The translations under genes were made by a program, and so were the position numbers. From Squalus acanthias (lineage: Eukaryota), in NCBI GenBank assembly GCA_030390025.1, contig CM059432.1:71054001-71118000 (forward strand): a stretch of DNA of 64,000 bases, in the 5' to 3' direction. The stretch's first letter is position 1. The number at the start of each line of letters is the position of its first letter. Positions 36,781 to 49,201 of the stretch are shown here, piece by piece. The notes below the pieces were generated by a model, which saw nothing but the letters and a program-made list of their open reading frames with translations, was not told the DNA's origin and did not search any database.

Positions 36781-37759
36781 TCATGTCACTGGATAGCCAT
36801 CTCCAAACTGGGACGCCAAGCTTCTATGGCAGCAATCTGAGCATAATGGAACATGATTGCCTTTATAGCCTCTGTAATGGGACACTCTGCTGCAGATGTT
36901 TTTGGAGCTACCACACACTCCAATGTAGACCACAGAGTTCCGAATCTATACTCCAATGCCTTGGGCATGCTGTTAATGCACTCCTCCACCTGGGCTTCCA
37001 TCTGCAGGACCCTGTTTTGTATATTCCCCGATGCTTGCATCAATGCATTAAACTTTGCCAGCATCATTATTTTAAAAGCTTGACCCATGAGATCGAGATC
37101 CTAGGCTAATTATTCAAGGGGCTTTGTATCCGGACCCTCTGGCCAGCAACCTTTGCTTCCTCATGTGCCACCAGCTACTCTTGCTGAATTGTGCTCTTGT
37201 GTCATGCAATGCACTCCCCTCTGGCTCATTCCCTAACTGCCCAGGTGTATGCTTGGTAGGGATAGAATGAGTGATGTGTGATGTGAAATGCTAGTAAGAC
37301 TGGATGTATTGGGGACAGCAGGTTCAGTCACATCTCGAGGACAAAAGAGAAAGAGAGTTTAAAGTGGTTCCGCCCAATTTAATGGAATGAAAATTGGACA
37401 GATTCTATAATGGGCTTGCATCCGCTCTGGCATAATTATCACCCAAGCAGTGAAGAGGAAAATGTACCCTTGTATCTCCAAAATTACCTGAATTCTATGC
37501 CATCCCTTTAATCTATTTTAATCCCAGTCCACATTTCCTTCTCCATGGACAATTGTTCACATTCACCCTATCCCTAAGTGATCTCTGTCACCCTCTAAAC
37601 TACTACTCTATTACTCTTACATTGATACTATTTAAAGCGAGGGATATTCCTGATAACTCACAAATTATACATCACCGTGAAAAATTTGGCCTGATCCATG
37701 ATGGCCGTTATGATTTTCAGCACGGCTACGCATTAATGATCCTGTTGTCTATATTACGC

Positions 37760-38987
37760 CTTGGTCCAAACATGGACAAAGGAGCTGAATTCCAGAGGTG
37801 AGGTGAGAGTGACTGTCCTTGACATCAAGGCAGCATTTGACCGAGTCTGGCATCAAGGAGCCCTAGTAAAACTGAAGTCAATGGGAATCGGGGGGAAAAC
37901 GCTCCACTGGCTGGAGTCATACCTACAAAAAAGGAAGATGGTTGTGGTGGTTGGAGGTCAATCGTCTCAGCCCCAGGACATCACTGTAGGAGTTCCTCAG
38001 GGCAGTGTCTTAGGCCCAACCATCTTCAGCTGCTTCATCAATGACCTTCCCTCGAACATAAGGTTAGAAATGGGGATGTTCGCTGATGACTGCACAGTGT
38101 TCAGTGCCATTCGCAACTCCTCAGATAATGAAGCAGTCTATGCCCGCATGCAACAAGACCTGGATGACATTCAGACTTGGGCTGATAAGTAGCAGTTAAC
38201 ATTCGCACCACACAAGTGCCAGGCAATGACCATCTCCAACAAGCGAGAGTCTAACCACCGCCCCTTGACATTCAACAGCATTACCATCGCCGAATCCCCC
38301 ACCATCAACATCCTGGGGGGTCACCATTGACCAGAAACTTAACTGGACCAGCCACACAAATACTGTGGCAACAAGAGCAGGTCAGAGGCTGGGTATTCTG
38401 TGGCAAGTGCCTCAACTCCTGACTCCCCAAAGCCTTTCCACCATCTACAAGGCACAAGTAAGGAGTATGATGGAATACTCTCCACTTGCCTAGATGAGTG
38501 CAGCTCCAACAACACTCAAGAAGCTCGACACCATCCAGGACAAAGCAGCCCGCTTGATTGGCACCCCATCCACCACCTTAAACATTCATTCCCTCCACCA
38601 CCGGCGTACTGTGGCTGCAGTGTGTACCATCTACAAGATGCACTGCAGCAACTCGCCAAGGTTTCTTCGACAGCACCTCCCAAACCCGCGACCTCTACCA
38701 CCTAGAAGGAAAAGGGCAGCAGGCGCATGGGAACACCATCACCACCAAATCCCCCTCCAAGTCACACACCATCCTGACTTGGAAGTATATCGTCGATCTT
38801 TCATCGTCACTGGGTCAAAATCCTGGAACTCCCTCCCTAACAGCATTGTGGGAGTACCTTCACCACACGGACTGCAGCGGTTCAAGAAGACGGCTCACCA
38901 CCACCTTCTCAAGGGTAATTAAAGATGGGCAATAATTGCTGACCTTGCCAGTGACGACCACATCCCGTAAATGAATTTAAAAAAAAT
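37760..38987 (+). mobile_element. CR1-like LINE family 2, 5'-truncated
   Basis: LDIKAAFDRVWH, GVPQGSVLGP, FADDC, ...HHLLKGN and an A-rich tail. Confidence 0.92.
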
Positions 38988-39382
38988 TACGCACCTTTGG
39001 CACTCTACTGTTGAACACTTTGATGAATTATCTTTCAATGTTTTTATCATCTCCAAACTTTGACAGGGTTTAGCACCATGTGCTTATAAACACTTTATCA
39101 CGATATGGCAGTCAGTAAACCTGTTCATGGTTTTTCAGTTTCCTCTCCAATCTCTCAATCTATGGTGCAGTTAATAGTTCATCTTCTGAATTTTTTCCAT
39201 TATCTCAGGGATTCCCTAGGCTCAGTTCTCTCTCTCTCTCTACTGTGTTTCTTCTTCACATGAATAATCGCCTCTATTTATTATCCAAACTCATTCATAT
39301 TTCTATTTTACATTCAATCACTTCCTTCAGATTGCATACTGCCAGTGCTCATAAACTGTTCCAGTGCAGTCCCTGAATCACT

Positions 39383-40200
39383 GGGTTAAGAATTCGGCTC
39401 CATAGCAACTGATTTGTTCGGCGTTATGGGTGCTGTTTTGTGCCGAAAATGGCGTCCACCCGGCGCATGCACACTTCTGGTGCAGGCCATGCTGGACACC
39501 ATCTTGGTGAGGGCGGTAGGGCGGATGTTAGGAGCGTGCACCGGAAGTATGTTGAGTGGATGGATTGTGACGTCAATCAGCATGCAATGCTGATTTGACG
39601 CCAGCACTGTCATTTTCATCCTCAACGCTGGAGCTAATGTCCTGTCAACCTCGCACAGCTGAACATGCATTCAGCAGCAGCAAGGACCTCCTACCAATGA
39701 TATTTAAAGGGTTCAGCAACCACTCTAAGGTTAGTTGCTGATTCATTTCTACTGGCTCTGTGTAATTTTGTGGAAGTGTTTGGAGCTTCCATAGTTGTTT
39801 AAAGTTGGCGAGGTAACAGAGAGTGATGCTGCAAGTGGTGAAGGCCTTGGTTCTGACTTCAAAGGTTCTGTTCAGATCACTTGCTCCTAGTCATGGGTGC
39901 TGTGGTTGTCATCCCCCTTGGCCTGTAGCATGAAAGGGAGATGGAGCAGAGGCAGCAAAGAAACGACAAGCTGTTCGCAGAGGGTGGAGGAGGAGGGGAG
40001 AGAAGGGAACTCAGCAGGAGGCCTTACCCATCTAGGGTCTTCCAAGAGCAATTCTCTTACCTCACCCTGAGCCAGGAGCAGAATGTGAGGCGTCTGCACT
40101 TTATGAAGGAGGTGCTCACAGAACTCTGCCACTTCTTGCAACCAGAACTGTAGCCTCACACCAGAGCAAGGACAGCGCTGCTAGTGTCTGTGAAGGTGAC
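39383..40200 (+). mobile_element. Harbinger end fragment with transposase N-terminus (related to 33483-34247, inverted)
   Basis: Terminus GGGTTAAGAATTCGG; RRPYPSRVFQEQFSYL...TELCHFLQPEL. Confidence 0.8.
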
Positions 40201-40522
40201 TTTTTTTTTAAGTTTCTTAAAAATTGTAATTTTTATCATAATGGAGAAAATTGAAACTCCATAAAATTAAATTCAGATTCCAGCCCAATGAAAATCTCTT
40301 TATTTCCGAAGACACAAGCCTAGATTATCCATTATCAACACAATTTACATCCAATTGGCTACTGTCAGGTTTTAAGTTTGCTGTTTTTCCAACGTCAACT
40401 CATCAGCAAGGGAATAATTAAAGGGGAGTGTCACAATAGGGGGACAAAATTCCTGCAAGTGTTTGGAGACCCTCAAAAAACTTTTCAACCCATCAGCAGC
40501 CTTTGTCAAGGATGAAGGGGCA

Positions 40523-41720
40523 TTTTTTTATTCGTTCTTGAGATGTGGGCGTCACTGGCATGACCAGCATTTATTGCCCATCCCTAATTGCCCTTGAGAA
40601 GGTGGTGGTGAGCCGCCTTCTTGAACTGCTGAAGTTCGTGTGGTGAAGGTAGGGAGTTAGGGAGGGAGTTCCAGGATTTTGACCCAGTAACGATGAAGGA
40701 ACGGCAATATATTTCCAAGTCAGGATGGTGTGTGACTTAGAGGGGATACTGGAGGTGATGGTGTTCCCATGTGCCTGCTGCCCTTGTCCTTCTAGATGGT
40801 AGAGGATGCGGGTTTGGGAGGTGTTGTCGAAGAAGCCTTGGCGAGTTGCTGCAGTGCATCTTATAGATGGTACACACTGCAGCCACGGTACGCCTGTGGT
40901 GGAGGGAGTGAATGTTTAAAGTGGTGGATGGGGTGCCAATCAAGCAGGTTGCTTTGTCCTGGATGGTGTTGAGATTCTTGAGTGTTGTTGGAGCTGCACT
41001 CATCCAGGCAAGTGGAGAGTATGCCATCACACTCCTGACTTGTGCCTTGTAGATGGTGGAAAGGCGTTTGGGAATCAGGAGGTGAGACACTCGTTGCAGA
41101 ATACCTGGCCTCTGACTTGCTCTTGTAGCTGCAGTATTTATGTGGCTGGTCCAGTTAAGTTTCTGGTCAATGGTGACGCCCAGGATGTTGATGGTGGGGG
41201 ATTCAGCGATGGTAATGCCATTGAATGTCAAGGGGCAGTGGTTAGACTCTCTCTTGTTGGAGATAGTCATTGCCTGGCACCTGTGTGGCACGAATGTTAC
41301 CTACCACCTATCAGCCCAAGCCTGAATATCATCCAGATCTTGCTGCATGCGTGCATGGACTGCTTCATTATCTGAGGAGTTGCGAATGGAACTGAACACT
41401 GTGCAATCATCAGCGAACATCCCCACTTCTGACCTTATGATGGAGGGAAGGTCATTGATAAAGCAGCTGAAGATGGTTGGGCCTAGGACACTGCCCTGAG
41501 GAACTCCTGCAGTGATGTCCTGGGGCTGAGATGATTGACCTCCAACAACCACAACCATCTTACTCTGTGGTATGTATAACTCCAGCCAGTGGAGAGTTTT
41601 CCCCCTGATTCCCATTGACTTCAATTTTACTAGGGCTCCTTGATGCCACACTCGGCCAAATGCTGTCTTGATGTCAAGGACAGTCACTGTCACCTCACCT
41701 CTGGAATTCAGCTCTTTTGG
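40523..41720 (-). mobile_element. CR1-like LINE family 2, 5'-truncated
   Basis: ORFs 41301-41723 and 40737-41291 carry RT motifs. Confidence 0.92.
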
Positions 41721-44091
41721 CATAAGAAGTCACAGACTGAGCTGAAGGAATGGAAACCCAATGTGCAGGCATGAATTTGCAGGCAAGTGATGAGCAGCCC
41801 ATCACGTCACCCACTATTTAGATGGCTTCCCTAAATTAGGAGTGGTGCTGCATGAAGTGGTTATTGGAATGGTTCCCCTCTGTGCCTGTCCACAACACAA
41901 TCCCCATAGGCCAGTATTGCAGCATGGCTGCAATGAGCTGAAGGCAGGCTTGCTGCTGAAGTTGATCATTGCTTTTATTGCATCTGTCCTTGCAGCTGTC
42001 CTTGCAGCTGATGGCACAGCTCTACATCTGTCTTTCTGCTGACCTAGACCCTGGGAAAACGGTTCTCTATGGTCATTACCAGGTAGGTGTGATTGGGTCT
42101 GTGGAAATTGATTGTGGCATCTTAGCAGGTGTTGATCATCCTGGCATGGCTTCTTACATGAAGTCTTAATGAAGGCATGACCTTATGCGATTGAGGAGCT
42201 GCTGAGGAAGCATGTTATGGTTAGTCAGGCAGTCACATGACTTAGTGGTGCCATCAGGTCTGCTTTCCCAACTTCCTTTGGGAAGTGAAGTCGTTCCCTG
42301 CACTAATCAACTGCTAAAATGTAATATCTTCACTGCTGCCTGCAGTTGCAGGTCTACCTGTACCTGACCTGTCGGTTAGTATCCCTTTTCTTCTTCCAAA
42401 CGTGATAGATAGGAACATTCTCATTGAGAAACCCACTGATGCCAGAAATAGTGTTGGGGGCAAAAAATAAATCATTTAGAACAACTGGTACAAAAGCCAA
42501 GTGCCAGCAGGAGAAAGAAAAACTAAAGAAAGAAGAAAAATGGCTAAGAATGACTAAAATATGCTTACATTTATGTTACCACACCCTTTCCATGACTATT
42601 ACCATGTCAAATGTCTGTGCTTTACATTTAGACATCTTGCACACCAGTGTGGTGCAAAATAGACACCTTCCTCCCCAAATTAAAATGAAGCGCCTGCCTG
42701 TTTGACGTGGTGATTTCACTGCTGCTGATCCTGTTCAGTGGGAAGTGTATTAGGGTGCAAATTAGGCTGAGTTCTATGCGCCCTATTTATAGAGAGGAAT
42801 TTCAGAGGAAGTTTGTACGCTAGTGCTCCTGGCATAATATCATAACCTTTCTTTGAGGTTGGCAACAGCTGTTGCTGTGATATCACAGGGATGATGATGA
42901 TGGGCACGCGCCCACTTAAATGACAATACAAGGCCGACAGATCACAGGAATACAAGCTGTTGACATAGAAGGGCAGAGCCAGGATATAGGGGAATGAGTG
43001 AGAGGGATAGACACTAAAATATGACCCACAGAGACAGATCTCACCCTGGGCTGATGCATGTCCAACCAATTTAAAATACTGTCAAAGCAGTTAAGATAGT
43101 CAAATAAATAGCATGAGAGCTTCTGACAATGAAACAGTGTCTGTGAATGCACAGCGCAGTTCTGAATAACCATATCTTAAATATATTTTTTTCCAGTTAA
43201 TTATAGTGCAGTCCATTTAACAATAAATTCAAAGTAATGGACAATGATGCACTGTATGCTGACCTGGGGTCAGAGCTGTTCATGATGTCGATGCAAAATA
43301 TGTTGAGTAATAATATACATGCTGCACCACATGTGTGGTGATGCAAGTAGAAAGAATCTGTGTCCCTTAGTGTAACCATCTTTTCAGAAGGCTAATTTTT
43401 ATCATATTAATTGATAACATAATCAAATCAGGCTTACATCAAGTGTATAATCTTTACTCACTACAAACCAATTGCGAATCCATTCAAAAAACATTGCAAT
43501 CTCCTTTCACTTTTTATTACCACTAGAATTGTCCTTTTCTCTTGTTTCTTGCTAATCCTTTCCCTTGAATCATGGAAGCCTCTTTGAATAGGACAGTGTG
43601 ACAGTGGCATGACAGTGATCCAAAGCACCCTTGTGGCCACTGTTTGCAATTCAGTTGGTCTGGAATTGTTTAGATACGAATCCGATATGTAAACATGACC
43701 AGGCATTCAACAGTGTGAAGGAAAAAAATCTGTAAATGTTAAGTGATTACATTAACACTTGGATATATTGTATGATAAAAATTTCAGGGTAAATTTTGCA
43801 AGGCTCCACTTGACAGGAGCATGGAAGAGATCTGGATGTAGAGGTCATTGACCTGATTTGTGGCACTCCCAATTTTCAGATGACCAATTCTCCAACCTGC
43901 ACTGCGGCCAAACAAGGCATGCGCTGGAAGCAGAGCTTTCCAAAATGTACTCTATCCTTACCAGTAGGGAATATAGGTTTTTGGTCTTCTTTACAGAGTA
44001 CATCCTTGCCTTCTTCCAGTTGCCTGGTTCCACAACATACAATATGCCTGCCCATATATGGACGGAAATGTTTTAAGATGGACAGTGGAAC

Positions 44092-44888
44092 ATGGATGGT
44101 GTTCCCATGCGCCCGCTGCCCTTGTCCTTCTAGGTCGAAGAGGTCGCGGGTTTGGGAGGTGCTGCCAAAGAAGCCTTGGTGAGTTGCTGCAGTGCGTCTT
44201 GTAGATGTTACACACTGCAGCCACGGTGCGCTGGTGGTGCAGGGAGTGAATGTTTAAGGTGGTGGATGGGGTGCCAATCAAGCGGGCTGCTTTGTCTTGG
44301 ATGGTGTCGAGCTTCTTGAGTGTTGTTGGAGCTGCACTCATCCAGGCAAGTGGAGAGTATGCCATCACACTCCTGACTTGTGCCTTGTAGATGGTGGAAA
44401 GGCTTTGGGGAGTCAGGAGGTGAGACACTCGCCGCAGAGTACCCAGCCTCTGACCTGCTCTTGTAGCCACAGTATGGTCCAGTTAAGTTTCTGGTCAATG
44501 GTGACCCTCAGGATGTTGATGGTGGGGGATTTGGCGATGGTAATGCTGTTGAATGTCAAGGGGCGGTGATTAGGCTCTCGCTTGTTGGAGATAGTCATTG
44601 CCTGGCACTTGTGTGGTGCGAATGTTACTTGCCACTTATCAGCCCAAGCCTGAATGTCTTCCATGTCTTGCTGCATTCGAGCATGGACTGCTGCCTTAAC
44701 TGAGGAGTTGCGAATGGAACTGAACACTGTGCAATCATCAGTGAACATCCCCATTTCTGACTTTATGATGGAGGGAAGGTCATTGATGAAGCAGCTGAAG
44801 ATAGTTGGACTTAGGACACTGCCCTGAGGAACTCCTGCAGCGATGTCCTGGGGCTGAGATGATTGACCTCCAACAACCACAACCATCA
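44092..44888 (-). mobile_element. CR1-like LINE family 2, internal fragment
   Basis: GVPQGSVLSP, FTDDC and YKAQVRSVM. Confidence 0.9.
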
Positions 44889-46199
44889 ACCCTGATGACT
44901 TACGTTGTAGTCGATATTGTGCAGACCTGAACCTGGCGAGCTGCCTCTGGACATCTGTCTGGGGCGAGCTGCTCGCTGGCTTCATTTCAATTAGGCCCGG
45001 CTATTAAAATGGACCAGTTCTCCCGCTGCACCCACCGAATAGTCTGCAGGCCGATAGCCCGAGGGTTAAAATTACCTCTAAAACCCTGAAGCTTCCTACA
45101 TTACAACAGTGACTACACTTCAAAAGTACTTAATTGGCTGTAAAGCATTTTTGGGACATCCGATGGTTGTGAAAGGCGCTATATAAATGCAAGTCTTTTC
45201 TCTTTTGAAATTTTTTTTGGTGTCTGTCTCGTTTACTACACAGCAGCTCTGCCTTTTCCTTTCTCTGAGAGGGTGAAAAGTATTCATATGTAAAACTGGA
45301 TGTGAGTTATTGGCATACAATGCCTGGGAAATAATGGTAGTTTGTAATCTGGGGAAGAAGCACTAGTTTAACCTGGAAGTAACAAGACAACAACAATGAA
45401 CAACTTGTATTTGTATAGCGCCTTTAATGTAGTAAAATGTCCCAAGGCACTTCACAGGAGTGTTATCAAACAAAATTTAACACCGAGCTACATAAGGAAA
45501 TATTAGAGCAGATGGCCAAAAGCTTGGTCAAAGAGGTAGGTTTTAAGGAGCGTCTTAAAGGAGGAAAGAGAGGTAGCGAGGCAGAGGTTTAGGGAGGGAA
45601 TTCCAGAGCTTAGGGTCTAGGCAGCTGAAGGCACGGCTGCCAATGGTGGAGCGATTAAAATCAGGGATGCTCAAGAGGCCGGAATTGGAAGAGCACAGAT
45701 ATAGGGTTATAGGGCTGGAAGAAATTACAGAGGTAGGGAGCGCTGAGGCCCTGGAGGGATTTGAAAACAAGGATGAGAATTTTTAAATCGAGGCGTTGCT
45801 TAACTGGGAGCTAATGTAGGTGAGCGAGCACAGGGGTGATGGGTGAACAGGACTTGGTGTGAGTTAGAATGCGAGCAGGAGAGTTTTGGATGACCTCAAG
45901 TTTACCGAGTGCAGAAGTTCGGCCAGGAGTGCATTGGAATAGTCAAGTTTAGAGGTAACAAAGGCATGGATGAGGGTTTCAGCAGCAGCAGATGAGCTGA
46001 GGCAGAGGTGGAGTCAGGCGATGTTACGGAGGTCGAGATAGATGATCTCAATGATGGCACGGATATGTAGTTGGAAGCTCACCTCAGGCTCAAATATGAC
46101 ATCAAGGTTGCGAACAGTCTGTCTCAGCCTCAAACAGTTACCAGAGAGGATTGAGTCGGTGGCTAGGGAACAGAGTTAGTGGCGGGGACCAAAGACAAT

Positions 46200-48015
46200 A
46201 GCCGAGATTTCCCTTACCTTGGTGGGTCCGGTGCGGGCGATGTCAATGGCGGGTCTCGACCCCGCTGCTGGCTCCATCCCACTTACCTTAATGGAGCCTA
46301 ATAAGCCCGCTCAGTGCGTTTCCCAGCCCAATTAGAAGGAGTGGGTCTGATGACGTCATTCATGATGCATCTTGAGCCAGTTTCCTTAAAGGGACCATGG
46401 CCACCTTACTTTTGACGTTTGTGCTGTGATTGTTCTACAGCATTGAGGTGCTGCAAACACTGACAAGCACTGCACAATTGTGCAGGGCTGCACCCAGATT
46501 TTCCCATGACTCCCTCCATATGCTTATGGAGGGAGTCACAGCACACAGGAAGGTCCTCTTCCCTTCCCATGGGCGGAAGAGACCTCCCCAATGCAGCCTG
46601 GTTGCATATTGCACAGGAGGGCACAAGCAGGGATGTCATCAAGAGGACCTGGGTGCAGTGGCGCAAACCTTTCAATTATCTCATTAGATCACGAAACGTT
46701 AGTACGAAGCCACACTCAACCTCATCCTGCTGTGCCACTCATCACATCCCCATCACTCTGCCTTGCCTACCCTACTCCTGCACATCCTTACTCACACCAA
46801 ATTACCTTGCACCTCCACCCATCCCTCTCTATCTACATTATCACATCCTCATCTCACTAGCTAACCTTTACACTCACCCTCATCCTAGTGCAATCATACC
46901 AACTAACAACACACAAGGGTAGGCACTTGAAACAACAACAGAAAACGCTGGAAAAACTCAGCAGGCCAGGCAACATCCGTGGAGAGAGAAACAGAGTTAA
47001 CGTTTCAGGACGAAACCTTTCGTTAGAACTGAGAAAAGAGCAGGAAATGAAACAGATAAAAATGCAAGGGGTAGGCACTTGGGTGTTTTAGCCAATGTTC
47101 ATGTAAAGTTTCTGTTAATGTGCTGTCAAACATTGAAATCTTTATTTTCAACACTTCGTGTTCTTGGACAGATTTGTGTGCACCTTTGGAAGAGGCTTAG
47201 TGAGTTGCAGTGAATGGTGAGACATAACGGTACCCCCGCAATGATGGCGAATGTGAAAGGAATAGCTTGGACATTGTAGGGATGCTTTTTGGTGTTGGTG
47301 TGTGGTGGTGCCAACCTGGCACATCATGTGGCAGCCATATGGGTGTACTGCGTCAAGTGAAGTAAATGTGGAGAAGGTTGGTGTTGTTGTTGGTGCTGCT
47401 GGTGTGCCTGGTGCTGCTGGTGTTGGGCTGATCGTGGTGGGATTCTGAGGACCAAGGTGAGACAATATAAAGGCACCCATGTTGATGGAATAGATGGCAG
47501 TTGAAGTAGAGATGACAGAAGCATTCTGTCAATGGTGAGAGAATTCTTCCAATGAGGTAAGAGTGGATGGAGAGTGGAAAGTGGAAAGCCTGCAGAATCT
47601 GTGCTGGAAATGGACTGAGAAACAGCTTGTGGCTGAGGAAAGTGATTATCTGTCAGGTGGGAGCTTTTACTGTACATTTGAAGCTGTCAAGTAATCAGCT
47701 GGAGCAATGGCCACTGAACTCCTGCCTCATGTTGACAGCCGTGGTCCCCGAACAGTGTGCTTTCCATGGCCATGCAGTTAAAGGCAAAAGATTAGTTAAA
47801 AATGCCTGTTAAGGATCTGTTAAGTAGATGCTAATGCTTTGAATTGGGTCCCCTGCTGTAGCCGCTCGAGTCTGCTCAGCACTGACAGACCCGACATTGG
47901 GAAAGGTGCATTGCGGCGGGTTGACAGCGGGTTCCTGACCCACTGTCAAAAAAAAATATTTTCCGCCCCAACCCACCACCAATCCCGTCCACTAACCCCC
48001 TGCAAAATCTTGGCC
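46200..48015. mobile_element. Deleted Harbinger H6, inserted in the L2
   Basis: TIR AGCCGAGATTT / AAATCTTGGCC with TSD AAT. Myb exon-1 relic APRFSHDSL...RTWVQWRKPFNYL on +; a Q-rich transposase N-terminal relic on - at about 47370-47480. Confidence 0.8.
46931..47064 (-). mobile_element. Penelope-type terminal fragment (P2) with a degenerate hammerhead
   Basis: The minus strand reads GTT-CTAACGA-A-AGG-TTTCGT-CCT-GAAACGTT-AAC (46996-47029). It is flanked by the near-perfect duplication CAAGGG(G)TAGGCACTTG. Confidence 0.6.
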
Positions 48016-49201
48016 AATGGTTTTGTTCTTCCCAATATTTAATGGGAGGAAATTTCTGCTCATCCAATACTGGATCTTGGACAAGCAGTCTGACAATTTA
48101 GAGACAGTGGAGGGGTCGAGAGAGGTGGTGGTGAGGTAGAGCTGGGTGTCGTCAGCATACATGTGGAAACTGATGCTGTGTTTTTAGATGATGTCTCCAA
48201 GGGCCAGCATGTAGATGAGAAATAGGAGGGGGCCAAGGATAGATCCTTGGGGGACACCAGAGGTAATGATGCGGGAGCAGGAAGAGAAGCCATAACAGCT
48301 GATTCTCTGGCTACAACTGGAAAGATAAGAATTGAACCAGGCGAGTGCAGTCCCACCCAGCTGGACGACAGTTCAGAGGCATTGTAGGAGGATGGTGTGG
48401 TCATCCGTGTCAAACGCTGCAGATAGGCCGAGAAGGATGAGGAGGGATAGTTTACCATTGTCACAGTCACATAGGATGTCATTTATGACTTTGATAAGAG
48501 CCGTTTCAGTACTGTGGCAGGGGTGGAAACCTGATTGGAGGGATTCAAACATGGAATTCTGGGAAAGATGGGCACAGATTTGGGAGGTGACAACACGTTC
48601 AAGGGCTTTGGAGAGGAAAGGGAGGTTGGAGATGAGGTGATAGTTTGCAAGGATAGAGGGGTCAAGGGTTGGCTTTTTTGAGGAGAGGTGTGATGACAGC
48701 AGATTTGAAAGAGAGGGGGACAGTACCTGAGGGTAGAGAACTGTTAACGATATCAGCTAACATGGGCGCCAGGAAGGGAAGTTGGGTGGTCAGCAGTTTA
48801 GTGGCAATAGGGACGAGGGAGCAGGAGGTGGGTCTCATGGACAAGATGAGCTTGGAAAGGGCATGAGGGGAGATCGGAGAGAAACTAGAGATGGATACGA
48901 GTTTAGGACTAGGGCAAGAGGAAGTTTGGCCTGGTGAGCTGGGGAAGGGAGGGAAGCGGTAGAAGCAGCTGAACGGATGGTCTCAATCTTAGTGACAAAG
49001 ATGTCCATGAGCTCCTCGCACATTTTATTGGAGGTGAGGGTGTTGGAAACAGGGGAGAGGGGTTTAAGAAGATGTTTTGCTGCTGAGAAAAGAAGCCGGG
49101 GGGTTATTCTTACATTCCAGTATGATCCTGGAATAGTGAGCAGTTTTGGCAGATGAAAGCTTTATGTGAACCAGCCAGATCTGGCCATGAATAGGGTCAT
49201 A

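Noticed and set aside
36786..37088. 100-aa minus-strand ORF
   Set aside because: It resembles a decayed Myb-gene coiled-coil exon, but support is too weak to call.
41750..43100. Possible host exons or membrane-protein ORFs
   Set aside because: There is no recognisable domain or coherent splice structure, and part of it (about 41990-42070, -) weakly resembles a decayed Harbinger transposase N-terminus.
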